NCBI RefSeq assembly: GCF_006345805.1 | Contig: NC_043021.1 | Span: forward strand, 22,630,001 to 22,694,000 | Length of the DNA stretch: 64,000 nucleotides | Direction: 5' to 3' | Origin: Octopus sinensis | Lineage: Eukaryota | In this document: positions 11,313 to 27,402 of the stretch, one piece after another | How the letters are laid out: every line of letters begins with the position of its first letter | Numbering within the stretch: position 1 is the first letter of the stretch | Program-made: the position numbers and the translations under genes | The notes under the pieces: model-generated | Databases searched by the model: none | The model's input: the letters and a program-made list of their open reading frames with translations, nothing else | What the model was told of the DNA's origin: nothing

Positions 11313-12614
11313 TTGGTTATAATTCTAATGATTTTTCTTACCTGTAAAAATCACAATAGACACCACACTTAATCATGTCTTGAATTTGCAAATTTTATAC
11401 CTCTCTTAATTACGATCGATATTGTTGTTTACAAGGATGTCCTCTGTATTTAGAATTCATATGTAGTGAAAGCCGTACAAGCAAGTATTACCTTGCCATC
11501 ACTGTTTTTTTTCCAGTGTGTTTTCATTTTGAAGATTGCAAAATGGTGTTTGCAAGGTATATAAATAACACCGCTAAGTGATACAATATCAATTCCACAC
11601 CGAAATAAATTTGGATCAAAGTTCTCTTAACATTTTAGGAAGAACTATTTTCGATCTCTCATGGTTTACTTTCCATCAGCAACTTTTTGTCAATACAGCA
11701 CTTAATATTACTTTTTGCTTTCTCTCATAAATTCCTAAGGCAAATTATCTTGTATTCCGGTTTTAAAATATTATCCAGATTTCGGCATATATTCTTTCTC
11801 GCATTCGCTGTCTGTTTTTCTCCCGCTCTCTCTTTCTCTCCATTTTTCTCTCTCTCTCTCTTCCCCTAAGTAACTGTCAACGACATGTAGATGAGACAGG
11901 CTTTGACGAAAGACTGTTGTCATCAATTCCGTTAATCTAACTTCACAACATTATCAGCCATCACCTTCGACAACATCTGTCTTAAATGCCCAGACAACAG
12001 CTACCTGCATCCCTCACCACAACCCTATTAAACGATTTACTCTAAAAGATACATAGCAACACATTATATAAAAAAAAATCGTATATAATGTTTTATTTTT
12101 AAAATGATTATCAATGATTTAGAGAGTAAGTTTATGATTCATGAATAATACATAACACAATTTATCATGATGTTACGGAATAAAAATCAAATATTACAAC
12201 ATAGATATATGAAATAAAAAATAAAATAAAAATTGACTTTTTTAAATACACCCCACCTAGAAATACGTTTCACCATTTGCGCATATGTTGTTTGACGCAT
12301 TTTTTTTCTTTCCTTATTTTTTTTTTCAGTATAGTTTCTCTTTTGTAGACTGATTGATTGCTTGGTTGATTAAACAATCGATCGATATCTCTTTGTGAAC
12401 GTTTTTTTTTTGATTATTTGATTTGATTTTGAATTTTTATTTTTCAGTGTGACCATGTTTGAAATGTTTTAAACTCTGTTTTATGTAAATACAACGTTTT
12501 AAAAAAGATGGTTAAATAGTCGGTGATTAAAGCATTAAAAGAAAGGACATTTTATAACTTTAAACCAAATATGTTCACTGATAGTTAGTTTAAATAAAAG
12601 TTATGGGGAAATAA

Positions 12615-12669
<55 letters not shown>

Positions 12670-12826
12670 GAATATAATATATTCTAAATGTGTTGCGTGG
12701 TTTATATTTTTTTGTATTATACACCATTAATCGTTTCCCTTACGCGTCATTTGTAACTCTTTCATTTCGGAGATTGACTTATATATCAGCAGAGCTATAT
12801 GCATATTATATATATATATATTATAT

Positions 12827-12878
<52 letters not shown>

Positions 12879-13609
12879 GTATTTTGGGTGTTATTGTATA
12901 CATGTACCTTGAAACGAAAGACTAAAATTCATCACTAACGAAAGCAAAATCCATTTGAAGTTCAAATGGTTTTATCGTACTCTATGCCGAATTTAATTAA
13001 AGCAGATGCATGGTATATTACACACGCACACACATGTATAAACGCACACACACACACACACACACATATATAATTAGATTATACAGCACATCTATACATA
13101 CGGTGTTTAACTGAATGAGCAACAGTGGTATTTCGATGAATAAAGACTGAAAATTCACAGCCATTCTCATTTGTCATTTTTCTTGTGTCTATTTTTCTTG
13201 TTGGTGATCTGGCAGGATCGTTAGAACGCTGAAATGATATTTTATATTATTTCCGCAGTTTTCCTTCCATTCTTTATATCCTTGTGATGTAAAGTTCGTT
13301 TCTCATCCCTGCTTCGCCATTAAAATACTGTATGTGCCTCGTACTTGCTTCCATACAGGAGACTAATCATTTTCGCTCCTAATATCATTTCATCCGACTT
13401 CTTACATTTTGGTTTTAAGTACAACTGAAAAGAACTTTGCTTCCATCGTTTGAGGTCAATAAATAAAGTACTTGTCTAATACTAGGATGACTGTTATTGA
13501 TTTGCCTCCTCCCTTTACAATTAATGGCCTTGCACAAATATAATCTGCATTACACAAACATTCCGCTTTTCTCGCGACCACCATGTATATAAATAAGTGC
13601 ATACATACA

Positions 13610-13770
13610 CGTAAACGAGGGGCTTCTTTCGATGTCTGTCCACCAGATGTTGTCATCAAGGTTTGCTCGACCCGAAGCAAGAGAAGAAACACTTGGCGAA
13701 GCTACCACATGGTGGGACAGAATACATTATCATGTGGCTGGGAAGCCAACAGCTTACCACACACATAGTC
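13610..13770 (-). mobile_element. Decayed 5' half of SINE family A
   Basis: cttaccacacacatagtcat and acacttggcgaag match the reverse-complemented head and core. Confidence 0.6.
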
Positions 13771-14008
13771 ATATTGTCTTATCAATTTTGGGTTATGAAC
13801 ATGTGACACACTACAACTATAATCATCGAACCGAAACCTCTACCTTAATGAAACTCATTTCATAGATAGAGTGGTTGGAAATAAACCTTCATTTAAACTT
13901 TAACGTGAGATTTCAACGTGATTCTCGTTGAAGTTTTTTAGGAGTTCTTACTAACTCGTAGTTGTACATCAATATTCCCTCGGTCAAAAATTCACATATT
14001 TTAATAAT

Positions 14009-14404
14009 AGGTGAGTGGCTGTGTGGTAAGTAGCTTGCTTACCAACCACATGGTTCCGGATTCCGTCCCACTACGTGGTACCTTGGGCAAGTGTCTTCTA
14101 CTATGGCCTCGGGCCGACCAAAGCCTTTTGAGTGGATTTGGTAGACGGAAACTGAAAAGAAGCCTGCCGTATACATATGTATATACATGTATGTGTGTCT
14201 GTGTCTGCACCCCCCCCAACATCGCTTGACAACCTATGCTAGCTTGTTCACGTCCCCGTAACGTAGCGGTTCGGCAATAGAGAAAGATGGAATAAGTACT
14301 AAGCTTACAAAGGACAAGTCTTGGGGGTCGATTTGCTCGACTAAAAGCGGTGCTCCAGCATGGCCACAGCCAAATGACTGAAACAAGTTAAACAGTAAAA
14401 GAAT
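14009..14404 (+). mobile_element. SINE family A copy
   Basis: Full-length match to the 1703 copy with moderate divergence. Confidence 0.92.
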
Positions 14405-14694
14405 ATGTATGTGTTTACGTGCATGTGCGCGCATATTCACCGTTTAGTCTCAAAATGGTTTTAGGTTATTTGGAATCAATTTGGTGAATTCATTTCATTC
14501 TTGAAGATATCCACTTCAACTTATTCATTTTGCAAGACCATTTCCGATCGTAATTCATGTTTTGGAAGATAAATCACAATCCAAACTAAGTAATGCCGCA
14601 AGCAAGACACATGTGACGCTGTGTGGCGAATACAGAAACGAACGCAACGTATGTGTATACACAAACGCCAGTTTATCTCATCGTGAGTGAGTGT

Positions 14695-14718
14695 CTATAC
14701 ATACATATATATATATAC

Positions 14719-14753
<35 letters not shown>

Positions 14754-14888
14754 ATACATACATATATATACATACATACATATACATATATATATACATA
14801 CATATACATATATATATATACATACATATATATACATATATACATACATACATATACATACATACATATACATATACATACATACATA

Positions 14889-14920
<32 letters not shown>

Positions 14921-15449
14921 CATACATACATATATACATACATATATACATATATACATACATATATACATACATATATACATACATATATACATACATA
15001 TATACATACATATACATATATATATACATACATACATATATATATACATACATACATATATATATACATACATATATATATACATACATACATATATATA
15101 TACATACATACATATATATATACATACATACATATATATATACATACATGCATACATATATACATATATATATGCATACATATATATACATACATACATA
15201 TATATATGCATACATATATATACATACATACATATACATACATACATACATATACATACATACATACATACATATACATACATACATATACATACATACA
15301 TATACATACATACATATACATACATACATATACATACATACATATACATACATACATATACATACATACACATACATATACATACATATACATACATACA
15401 TATACATACATACATACATATACATACATACATATACATACATATATAC

Positions 15450-15482
<33 letters not shown>
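14695..15482. repeat. About 790-bp compound (TACA)/(TA)n microsatellite
   Basis: Near-continuous alternating purine-pyrimidine repeat; source of the 244-290 aa pseudo-ORFs. Confidence 0.97.
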
Positions 15483-15487
<5 letters not shown>

Positions 15488-15964
15488 TAAAATCAATGTT
15501 TTCCTCATTTGATATTATATTGCTTTTCGTGAGTTCTTGACTCATTGCAAATATTTTAATTTTACTCCCTACTTTGTGTCATCTGTTTTAGTATCAGGTG
15601 AAATCTGTCAGATATTAAAACAATAATGCTGCAGGCATGCAAATATATATAAAGCTGTTGACAAAAACGTCTCATTAATTCTAGAGTCAAGTGTGTTGGG
15701 TGTTTTGTTGTATTTCCCCATTGATTACCGATTGTTTCACTGCCAACGAGGTTTATCGCAGATTTTATAACTAACTTTCCCTCTCCGTCTGCATGTGTGT
15801 ATGTATGTCTCTCTCTGTCTCTTTCTCTGCGTCTTTTCTGATCCTCTGCTTATCTTTTTGTTTTAATACAAACTCAGACAAATGCACACACACAGTCCTT
15901 GCTTACACTCATTTCTCTAGCTGTTTGTTCCGTATACATCAGTATGTGTGTATATGTGAGTGCA

Positions 15965-16460
15965 TGCATATATATATATACGTGTGTGTGAGGTTGTATA
16001 TATGTGTGTCTATATACGTGTGTGTGTGAGTTTGTATATATGTGTGTCTATATACGTGTGTGTGTGAGTTTGTATATATGTGTGTCTATATATGTTTAGA
16101 TGTAAGTATATATGCGTATATATATATATGTATATATACGCATATATGTATATACATGTATATATGCGCATATATGTATATATATGTATATATATATATG
16201 TATATAAGCATATATGTATATATATATGCATATAAGCATATATGTATATATATGCATATATATATATATATATATATGTATATAAGCATATATGTATATA
16301 TATGCATATCTATATATGTATATAAGCATATATGTACATATATGCATATATATACATGTATATATATGCATAAATGTATATGCATATAAATATGTGTGTG
16401 TATGAGCGTATACATGCATACCTGTGTGCCTATAGTCATATATATGACTATACACACACA
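15965..16460. repeat. About 38-bp minisatellite (tatatacgtgtgtgtgtgagtttgtatatatgtgtgtc, about 3 copies) followed by degenerate TA/TG/CA microsatellite
   Basis: Direct inspection. Confidence 0.85.
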
Positions 16461-16577
16461 ACCACACAGGTATGCATGTCGCTTCAACCGTGTGTCTGAC
16501 GTGAAGTTGCCACCCTGGTTTCGGTTCAACGAATTTTCCATGCTGACGATAAACATAGGATAATTCATTCACCTATT

Positions 16578-16618
<41 letters not shown>

Positions 16619-17759
16619 ATGATGGCTATGCATATTTAAATGATGCGCATAGGAGCTCATGCAGTCACACACACGTATGATACAAGCGCTGACTGTATGA
16701 CAAAGCGTACAAATATAGATATTGATATAGGGGAGGTATAAGTAATGCTCAACATCATATTAAATGCACTTGGAGACAATGCAAGTCAGCAGCACTTACA
16801 ATCTATGTTACAGGCAGCATTGTTGTTCGAAATAACTCACTATATTTGTATGTATGGATAAATATAACTATATTTGAAACATGCTACTTATTTACGACTT
16901 CAGAATACATATAAGTATACGACTCCAGTATGCATCTTCCTTCTCGGAGAGGAAAAACGAATCAGTAATAAAAGTTTGAATTTTAGGTTCTTATGTGTAA
17001 GCATTTACCAAGTAACCAATCTAAAATAAATCTGTTAACTTTTAGCCTCTGTGGTGATTTCAAATAAAGTTCTTCCTTATTCCGTATATTCATATTATAA
17101 ATTTATTTATAACATATTGTATATTTCAATTCTGACAATTTACCATATCATACACAGGCTTCATTTCAATTGTCAGTTTAATCGATTCGTTTTCCATCTA
17201 TAAATATTTGTAACAAAGAAATAATAATTGGATTGATACATATACCACTGAAATTTAGAACGTAAAGCGACTTCAATGTACCATGGAAGTATATTATGAT
17301 CACACGCTCTACTGGTTTTCGACACGCCCAAATATTTTGTTGGTTGAAGTAAAAATTTATACCTTGGTTTACGAGCCACAAACGCTTCCCCCATATAACG
17401 TATATGCATTCAATGGATTCTTATTTCAATGGACTTCGATTGGCATAAAAGTTTATCAAACCAACAGGAACCCGTCGCTGAACGTATATGAACATATGAA
17501 AATATCGCATAGTATTTTGTGTGACAGCATCCAGTTGTGTCATTTCTTCAGATATTTGTTGATTGAAATACAAGAATTAAAAAAAAAATAACAGTTGTAT
17601 GTTATATATCTTTATCAAAATCAGGTGACATTTATGGTTTTGCCTAGGAAACACTTATCAATATTTTAGTATCATTCTGATTTTAGGTTTCTATATATTT
17701 GTGAAATTCATGTCGTCATAACAACAATATAACTGTCACAATGTTGTTCTTTTTGTCAG

Positions 17760-17790
<31 letters not shown>

Positions 17791-18139
17791 TTATTAGGCT
17801 GTCGACAACGTATTTCTTATATCTACCTTTCACAGATAAGAATTTTTCTGAGATTGGCAGAGATCATTCATTTTGTATTCAATGTTTAATTCTTTTTCTT
17901 AGTTTTATTTTTATCGGGTTTTTTTTTTGGTGTGTGTAAGTATATTTCTCTATCGTTACCAAATGTTCTGGCATCTTCTTAAAGTTATGTTCGTCAGAAG
18001 AGAAAAATAAAAGCTAATAAACTAATAAATAAATGTATGGGTAATAATAATAATAATAATAATAGTAATAACATTAACGTATACATAGACACATACGCAC
18101 ATATATGTATAACAATGGTTGCCAGACAAAATTACGCAT

Positions 18140-18164
18140 ATGCACATACACACACACACATACA

Positions 18165-18198
<34 letters not shown>

Positions 18199-18321
18199 CA
18201 CATACATATATATATATGTATATATTATATATATATACATACATATATATATATGTATATATATATATATTATACATACATATATATATATATGATATAT
18301 AATATATATATATATACATAC

Positions 18322-18352
<31 letters not shown>

Positions 18353-18395
18353 TACATACATATATATATATGATATATAATATATATATACATAC

Positions 18396-18426
<31 letters not shown>

Positions 18427-18485
18427 TACATACATATATATATAATATATATATCTATATATATACATACATATATATATATATC
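18140..18485. repeat. Compound (TA)n/(TACA)n microsatellite
   Basis: Direct inspection. Confidence 0.95.
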
Positions 18486-19354
18486 GAATGAAGTTAAATA
18501 AATTATAAATAAGCAAATAAATAAATAAGTAGATAAATAGATTCGAAATGATCAATTCTGTGCAACTAATGAGTCTGGAATTAAATTATAGTTTAATCAG
18601 TAATTCTATTATCGAATCAGGTCAGACCATTTACTACAGGCAGTTGGGGAAAAAAAAGAACTTGTTTAAGAAAAGAGTGTATCTATCAGGGAAATGTGGG
18701 GGGGGGGTTGTTTGTTCTCTCTGTTTCCTTGCGGTTTTTTTTCCTTCTTTCTTTTGATGTATGTTGCTTTCTATCTTAACCTCGCAACGTTCTGCAGAAT
18801 ATAGGTGGTGCTTCATAAGATTTATTTCGCAGCGTACAATACTACCATTGTAATTATTGATTCGATACAATGTCTGTCTTCTGTATCTTCACACATTTTC
18901 TTTATCATATTGAAGTGGTTTTGAAAGCAATATAATTATTGTATATTTATTGCATTTTTCGTTTATTTTTTATGTTTTTGTGTTGCTCTTTCTTCTTGAT
19001 TGTCTGTCTAACATGGTGCTTCCTATTGACTAGTATTCCGAGAGATCCAAGTCGATCTTGACATCAAAGATGGCTTTAAGGGCCACACACGTTATCTTAT
19101 GCATTCCTGCCATTCAATTCTTAGGAATTACATCCTCTGGTTACCACGTCTGATCAATTATTCACCGATGATTTGCTATGTTACATGTTGGGAGTTGTTA
19201 TAGAGAAAACGAGAACTCGATATTTTATAAATTGCTCAATTCCAGACACGAGATAAATAGGTGTGCCTGCGTGTGTTTTTGTGTGCGCGCACGCCTCTCG
19301 GTGTTTCTGCATGTGTGTGTTTGTGTCTGTGTGTATATATATGGAGCTTTCCTT

Positions 19355-19840
<486 letters not shown>

Positions 19841-19875
19841 TACACACACTCACACACACAGACATGCACGCGCGC

Positions 19876-20340
19876 TACAGGTTCTTTGGGAACAGCTGAA
19901 CAAATGCTTTCCTTGATTCAGAAAATGTCCAGTTGATTTTTTGCGAATGAAAGAAATGCAGATTTTTTAGTCTGAAATTGAAAGAAAAGAAAGCAAAATT
20001 TCCATTGAAAACAAATGTATTAAAAAAAAAAGATAAACTAAGAGATAGATAATGGGTTCGAGACAATAGTCTCTCGTTACGGAACCTTGCACATGCGTAC
20101 TTCACTGCGTTCTGGAAAAACATTTGAAGACATTTTTGATCTTGGCCACCAGCTGGGACGTATTCTTTCAGGTAAAACGGTTGGAGTTGTTCTCAAATGC
20201 GCCACACGTAGAGTAATCCATCGGATTACATTACGGCGTGGAGTGGTGGGTTGAAGACTGAAAATTGGACTAGCGAAGGTGTACAAATTCTCCGAAGACA
20301 ATTTTTGACGTTTTCAGGAGGTACGATAAGTATCCAAAGC
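19876..20340 (-). mobile_element. Tc1/mariner (maT/DD37D-like) transposon 3' relic
   Basis: Minus strand, with frameshifts and stops: TS*KRQKLSSENLYTFASP...CNPMDYSTCGAFENNSN...QLVAKIKNVF...NAVKYACARFR. This resembles the WPPxSPDxNPxDY(xW)G catalytic C-terminus. Possible end at TA-CAGG, 19876. Confidence 0.8.
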
Positions 20341-21908
20341 TTGCTGTCAATTAACGACCCAATTGACGGTAGGGATTGATTATACTCTCCAGTAGACTTA
20401 CATAGTCATCAGATTTTAGCATACAGCCATTTTCGAGGATGGGGGAATGATTACCCGCAAACAGGTGTACTCAGATCACCTGTCGTGGATTTACTGTCGG
20501 TATTCGTGGACCCCGTCGCAGCTGCTCATGTCATGTCTTACAGCATTTATAGTATTCTCAGAGCATAGAGTTACAATCAGGTTGTCGACATTTTGATACC
20601 CGATACGAATCCCCATGAGACAGGTTTCGAATCTTCTGATGGCTTCCAGCCTTCGGTATCATTTAGCCTTTTCTCAACTCCATTATTAATTATTATGGTT
20701 TTTAATGCCCTTAAATGTTTCCCAATGCATCAAAATATATCTGAAAAAAGGAGATATCGAATATCGTTAAATATAACGGGAAAACCACGTAGTAAAGTAC
20801 GATTTCTATTAGTGTAAGTGAATAGAACTGCTGCGCGGATAGACACCATTTCGCGCCGTAAATATTTTCGTCATAGTTTCACACAGTGTGTATGGTGACA
20901 TATGTCTGCTAATAAATCAAATCATAACATTTATTTCTGCAATATCTTTTAGAAGAGAATGGCCTTGGGTTATGGTATGTTCTATAACTTGTTCTATCGT
21001 ACAACTTGAACATTGAAGTATGCGAGTAAATATCAACATAATTGCGACAATAAATCTCTCAGGGAATATACACGAATCCGCTTTGCTTTCTTTTTATATT
21101 GTGAGTGAGAAATTGAGGAAGGTGTGCCGATTATTTCTAACAAACGGGGCTTTTGTAGAAAAGATGACAGTATTACATATAAGAAGGATATAACTTTTAG
21201 AGTAGGGAGATTGGTTGGATAAAAGGAACACTTATGATAAATTGCAGTGTTAGGAGGGGACGAAGTTTTGTGTTATTAGCAGAGACATGTACAATGAAAT
21301 TGAGGACTTCACAAAAGAGAAAGTATGTCAGGAATCTGGTGTTGGGTAATGGATAGACATTTTGATTGCAGCCGCATACAAACGGCAGTTTATTTTTATC
21401 GAACCGAGAAGCATAGTGTACGAAGTTGGCTTCGATGGGATTTGAAATTAGAAGGCAAACAAAGACAAAAGGGCAACTCTTTTATCAAACTCTTCAGATT
21501 TTCGGCTAACCCAATTTTCTCCAGATTTCATTTAATACCTGTAGCCAGGAAGTTTATATATATATATACATACATATATATATATACATATAATGTAAAA
21601 TGAAATTCAATTTCATACTAACATGGATAGAACATCCTACCACAAAGAGTGTATATGCAACTATGCATGCGTGTAAGTGCGCATATATATATATGTCCTG
21701 TTATCGCACTAAGCCAATGGCGATTAAGACTGACACTGGATCAATATAATAAAACCCAGGAATATATTGCATTTGATTTGTGATTTTATTGAAAATAAAA
21801 TATCTTCTCAGCTGAAATGAAATTAGTCAAGTGAAAATATTGCAGGTTATAAATATACACAGGACGTTGGGAAAACTCGTGATGGGAACGAATATCCCGA
21901 ATGATATG

Positions 21909-21953
<45 letters not shown>

Positions 21954-22017
21954 ATATACGGAGAGATACCTGTGTGTCTATATATTTGAATTCAGGTTAA
22001 CAGACCACCGTACTACA

Positions 22018-22064
<47 letters not shown>

Positions 22065-22578
22065 TACATATACACACTTATTTTCGGGCGGAATTCTCTT
22101 GAAGAATTAGATATGTACAGGTAAAGTTCTGCTTGAGAATGCGGTATGGTAGCGTATGTAGGCGAAATGCTAAACCGAATTTGGAATGGCTAGATTTCAA
22201 AAGTTTCATTGATTCCAGCGTTGCACTCTCAGATCAATCAATATATTGATTAATGTTCTCAAACGCACCCTTTGCGTTTTCCTTTTTACTCTTTTTATGT
22301 TGTTCAGACCGAACTGTATACAAATTCTACCATATCGGCTCCACAAACCTACAAGCGCATATCAACATAAGCAAACTCACACACACACACACATACACAC
22401 ACAAGTATAGACGAACACAATACGCCGCTAACATTTATTTAATCATGGATATTAACATATGAATTCTTTAAATATTTATACCTGCACATATCTAGATATA
22501 AATACACATGCACATAAACACAGACGCGTACAAACACACGCGTGCCCAGACACGCACACACACACACCTTTGTATATA

Positions 22579-23066
22579 GGCGCAGGCGTGGCCGAGCAGT
22601 TGGAAGCTTGCTGCTAAACCAAGCAGGTCGCGTTTTAGTCTCACTGTTTTAAACCTTAAGGAACTGCCCTCTACTATAGTTACATGCTGACCAAAGGATT
22701 GTGACTGGATTTGATAGAAAATCACCGTTAATGTTCAGTCCCACTGTGTGGCATCTCCGGCAAGTGTCTTCTGCTATAGCCCCGGGCCGACCAATGCCTT
22801 GTGAGAGAATTTGGTAGACGGAAACTGAAAGAAGCCTGTCGTATATATATATATATTATATATATATATGTGTGTTTGTCCCCCTAGCATTGCTTGACAG
22901 TCGATGCTGGTATGTTTGCGTCCCCGTCACTTGGCGGTTCGGCAAAGGGGACCGATAGAATAAGTACTGGGATTACAAAAGAATAAGTCCTGGTGTCGAT
23001 TTGCTCGACTAAAGGCGGTGCTCCAGCATGGCCGCAGTCGAATGACAAACAAGTAAAAGAGGAAAA
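22579..23066 (+). mobile_element. SINE family A composite: old 5' fragment (22579-22727) plus younger 5'-truncated copy (22733-23066)
   Basis: Head/core region occurs twice; the second copy runs to the tail. Confidence 0.88.
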
Positions 23067-23666
23067 GTGTGTGTGTGTGTGTGTGTGTGTGAGTGTGTGA
23101 GTGTGTGAGAGAGAGAGAGAGATTGGTAGCCACTACACGCATTTAGCCCATCCCCCGAAATTGCTGGCCGTGTAGCAAACCTAGAAGCCAATAATTTGTT
23201 AGAAAACTACGCGACTACTGCTGACACTAAGAAACAAAATAAAGTAATCAATCATCTTTGTGTCATTAGACAGGTTGCCATGGATATTAACTGAGAATGA
23301 ATTATATTCTTAGCTCCGAGTCTATTCCCGTTATTACTTACAAATGTACGTGGGCATTTCAATTATTTCTGTCTATGTGATTTTAAAATACAGACCATCA
23401 TCATTGATACATACACAAATACTCAAACACTTGTATGTAGGTACGTCTGTGTCTCTTTGTAAACTAGAGCGGTGTGTATTTGCCTATATCTTTGCAATCA
23501 TTGCAAGCGTCGTTTTGCAATTTAGGGATTTAGTATTATCGAACGTAGATATATTCCGTATCGGAAAACCTATAGATGTATGTTAATATTTCGTATTTCA
23601 TTTGAATATTTCCATATCTAACGAAATGCATAAAATTGATAAGGTATATGTGTAAGAGCATGACGC

Positions 23667-23709
<43 letters not shown>

Positions 23710-23799
23710 AGTCCATTGAGAGGTGAATTATTATAAATACATATATAAATAAAAGAAATCAAAATAGTAAGCAGGCAAGAAAGAACCGACGAAAGCATA

Positions 23800-24135
23800 T
23801 ATCGGATAGACCGGGTTACTTCAAATATTTCTGTAAAAATAATTCCGGCTTGGAAGACACGATTTTGGAAAATAAACGCCTTGTGAAGAAATAATAAATT
23901 ACTAATATCTTTTGTGAAGTTATCATTGTCATAGAAGTTTTATGTTTTTACGAATTTGCCTCTACAGAACACTAGAATATAAAAATATGAGAAAAGATAC
24001 AAAAGGCAAAAGGAAATACTCCTATTTAAGGAATCAAAAGCAAAAGATGTTAGAATCCTTTATGAAAAAATATGGCTACATGCTTAAATGTATGCCGCCA
24101 TTTTATAAAGATATCCATGAAGAGTTTGAGGCAAC
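23800..24135 (+). mobile_element. Possible decayed DNA-transposase C-terminus
   Basis: Frameshifted PI-KESKAKDVRIL...MLKCMPPFYKDIHEEF resembles the PIxxxKxKDxxxL...IPPxYxxFY end of some DNA transposases (from recall only). Confidence 0.3.
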
Positions 24136-25007
24136 TTTTAACGTTGTTCACTTTCCTTTTAAATTTGACACGAAAATTGATTTTTATTTGGTAGGAAGAC
24201 CTGAAAGTTTTGAAAATTATGTCTTACAAATTTCTTTGTGAAATATTTATATTTTTGAAGATGCTTTTAATATTTATTATCTTACGTCATTTTGTTATTA
24301 GAGTGTTTCTTTCTAGAAGTAATTTATGATTCTATCAAAGAGTTTGTATGTTCAGCTATGAACTAAGAGAAAATGCTGCGAATCACAACAAATTAAGAAA
24401 TTTCGGATCTAATTTTAAAATATAAAATATAATAAAAGAAGAATTGAATATTAAAAGACGTTTCTCTATATTCAAGAGTAAAAGCATATACTCTTTAGAG
24501 AAATGAAGTAGAAGAATATTATCCTATTCTTTTATGGGATTCGTTCTCTAGACATTGACCAGGCTCTGTCATCTCGTTCTAGAAAGTATGGGATAATATC
24601 AAACGAGAGATGCAAACTAGACTTGGCTGATATTTGATGGCACGATGCATACACTATTTACCTGTGTAAACCGACGTATATCTTCTGTTATACATACCGG
24701 ATCAATGAAAATATTGCCGAAAGAAATAACTTTTCACAGTAACTGTCATTTTCTCCATTTCCTCCAGTGAAAACACTTAGATCTCTCTCCGCCTGCGGCA
24801 AAATGTGCGCTGGCATGAAACAGTTGCCATCTTAGTATAAATATAGGTTACTAGACATGCCTCATGGACATTCTAGAGACGAAACACTTCCGTAATGGTA
24901 TAGAGCGTGATGGAAGAGGATATGAAGTTTGGAATTTTCTTCCTCCTACATTGAGTGCCTTCTCCGAACAAAGGATTTCGTTCAGCAGCCCGTCAGAAAA
25001 TATATTA

Positions 25008-25160
25008 AACCCATTGAGGGACGCTGGCAGTTAATACCAATCCGGGTCAGAATGGACCTGGGACTAATGGGAGTTGAAAGATAAGTAAAGCCCCTAAATT
25101 CCACTCCCTTCAGAATTCCCCAACTGCAACCTCACCTTCATCTATAGTTTAGTATCCTAT
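25008..25160 (-). mobile_element. Decayed retroposon fragment
   Basis: ccgggtcagaatggacctggga...ccactcc...gcaacctcacc recognised as an octopus-type interspersed repeat; only one copy in the window. Confidence 0.4.
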
Positions 25161-26251
25161 TTCTGCTAAGGTCCAGGTTAACCAAGATGTTGTGAGTATA
25201 TTTAGACGGAATTGAAAAGAAAGGCATATAGTGACTGGCACAATACTGCCTATGGCTATGTATTGTAACCCAAGGTGTTAATGCAATTATTACTGGATCA
25301 ACATTGGGAGTTCCTCAGTATCGGTTATGCATATAAAAATTGATAGAAATAGTATATATTATTTTTTTATATATGTACGCACACGCACACACACACACAC
25401 TATATATATATATATGAATGAATGCAATTATTTGTTCCAGCTGCTAATCATGCTTTACAATGTCTCATTATCTGCAAATATTTGGGCAACGAAAGAATAG
25501 GCATTTAGAATTTTGGTAGAGAAATACTCAACAGAAGTGATGTTGAGTGATTGCCACGTTGAAAATTACAGACGTGATCTCTGTTATACACACACACACA
25601 CATTCCCTGTGTATTCTCAATTTATTTACATGTATACGTGTATTAAACATATGGTCGGAAATGCTACAATGAACTATCAAGGGTGCGTTGAACATGAGAT
25701 ATCCTATTCTAGATACAATATTTTATGATTTGTGTGAGTGCAATATAACACATTACGGTAGCTGAAGATCATGCATTTTTTAATGGTTCAGTTGATTCTT
25801 TTTAATCTGCATCAATATTTAGATATTTTGGCTTCATTTGAAGGTGAAGAAATAAAGTGATTAAACCTAGAGCGACATCAAGAAGGAATACAATATAAAT
25901 GGATAGAGCGAAGTCTGCAGTGTGTGAGTTGAGTGTGTTATGTATTTTCTTATACCGTAGCGATGTCCTTTTATCGGTGTTTAATAATTATTTGCTTCGA
26001 AAAACAATGATAAAAATATTAATATTAAATATGAAAATAGACAATTTTGTAAATTAAAGAAAGATCATTCATAAAAAAAAGAAAACATATTCAAAATGAA
26101 TCAAATGTTAACATTTCAAACTGATGAATATAAGGTCTTTCAAAAAGTATAACGTACTTGAAAATATATTAAAAAAATATTACAAGGAAAAGAAGACAAT
26201 GAATTTTTAAAAAAAATACGCACACAAGCATACACACTATATATATATATA

Positions 26252-26299
<48 letters not shown>

Positions 26300-27340
26300 T
26301 TAGAATTTATAAACAAACAAAAGAAAATTACAGATGAAATTTGGGAAATATTTTAAAACAGAAAAATTGATCAGTTGTCTATCGATGCATTGTCATAAGA
26401 AATATTGATTGAAATATTACAACAAATTTCGGTTCATGAACGTACAGTAGTGAAATATGGCGTTGAGGACAATCGATTTTTCAAAACTAAAACTACAACT
26501 ACTATTATTCCATAAACTGCAGTCGTTTTCGGTAACAAATAAGAAAGAATTGTAATATTGTTCGTCAAGCTTTATGATGTTTATTTCGAATTTACGTTAT
26601 TTTTATTATATTTAAATGTGTTTTTCTCTTTCATGTTAAAATAATTTCTGGAGCTATTATGATGTTCTTAGCAAAAAGTTGATAAATTTTCAGCGGTTGA
26701 ACTTTTAAATTTCCTTTGTTTTAGTTCAATATGACTCAGTCGTTGTGTTCCTAATTTTTTGTATTATTTTACTATGTTTGTGATTGGATCGTAGCCGTGC
26801 TGGGACTCAACAGCTGAGAATTGTATCGATCATATCAATTCTAGTGTTTATTTGAACTTTCGGTTCAGTACATATGCATTCTACTTCCATTGTCTAAGTG
26901 GTAGGCTACGCTATAAAATCCGAAACACACATAGAAACGCTCACGTGGGAATCTACGTAATCTTTCAACTTCTTACATATACCAGCTGAGTTTCTGTCAC
27001 GGTGCAGTGATATACATAAGGGCAAAATAAAACGAAATACGGGCATGCAAGCGAAAGCATGTTAGTGGTAAAGGGTGCATGTATAAAGCTAATCAACAGT
27101 AACCAAAGAATTGTAGAATGTAAATAAATAAAGCCGAGGAAGAAACAGTCCAGAGAAGAGAGAATGTTGTAAGTTTTCCAAATGAGGAAAATTAAATTTC
27201 AGTTCCATGAGGTTTGTTTGCATAGGTGGGGTAAAAAAACGTGCATTAACATTTATACAAGCAAAAACAGATGATGGTAAGCGTGTGACCCTTGTACATG
27301 AATATAATTCTGTATATGTATATACCCATTGTCTCTCAAC

Positions 27341-27402
<62 letters not shown>

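Noticed and set aside
11871-11940. Possible terminal exon NCQRHVDETGFDERLLSSIPLI* followed by UTR-like sequence
   Set aside because: AAG acceptor after a CT microsatellite, no recognisable protein, no linked exon.
14673-15545. Long ORFs of 244-290 aa (YIYI/MYVC repeats), and similar ORFs throughout
   Set aside because: Translations of stop-free microsatellites in several frames on both strands.
17283-17591. Isolated 90-110 aa ORFs (also 2516, 49149, 52660, 57128)
   Set aside because: No recognisable domains or convincing paired splice sites; within chance expectation.
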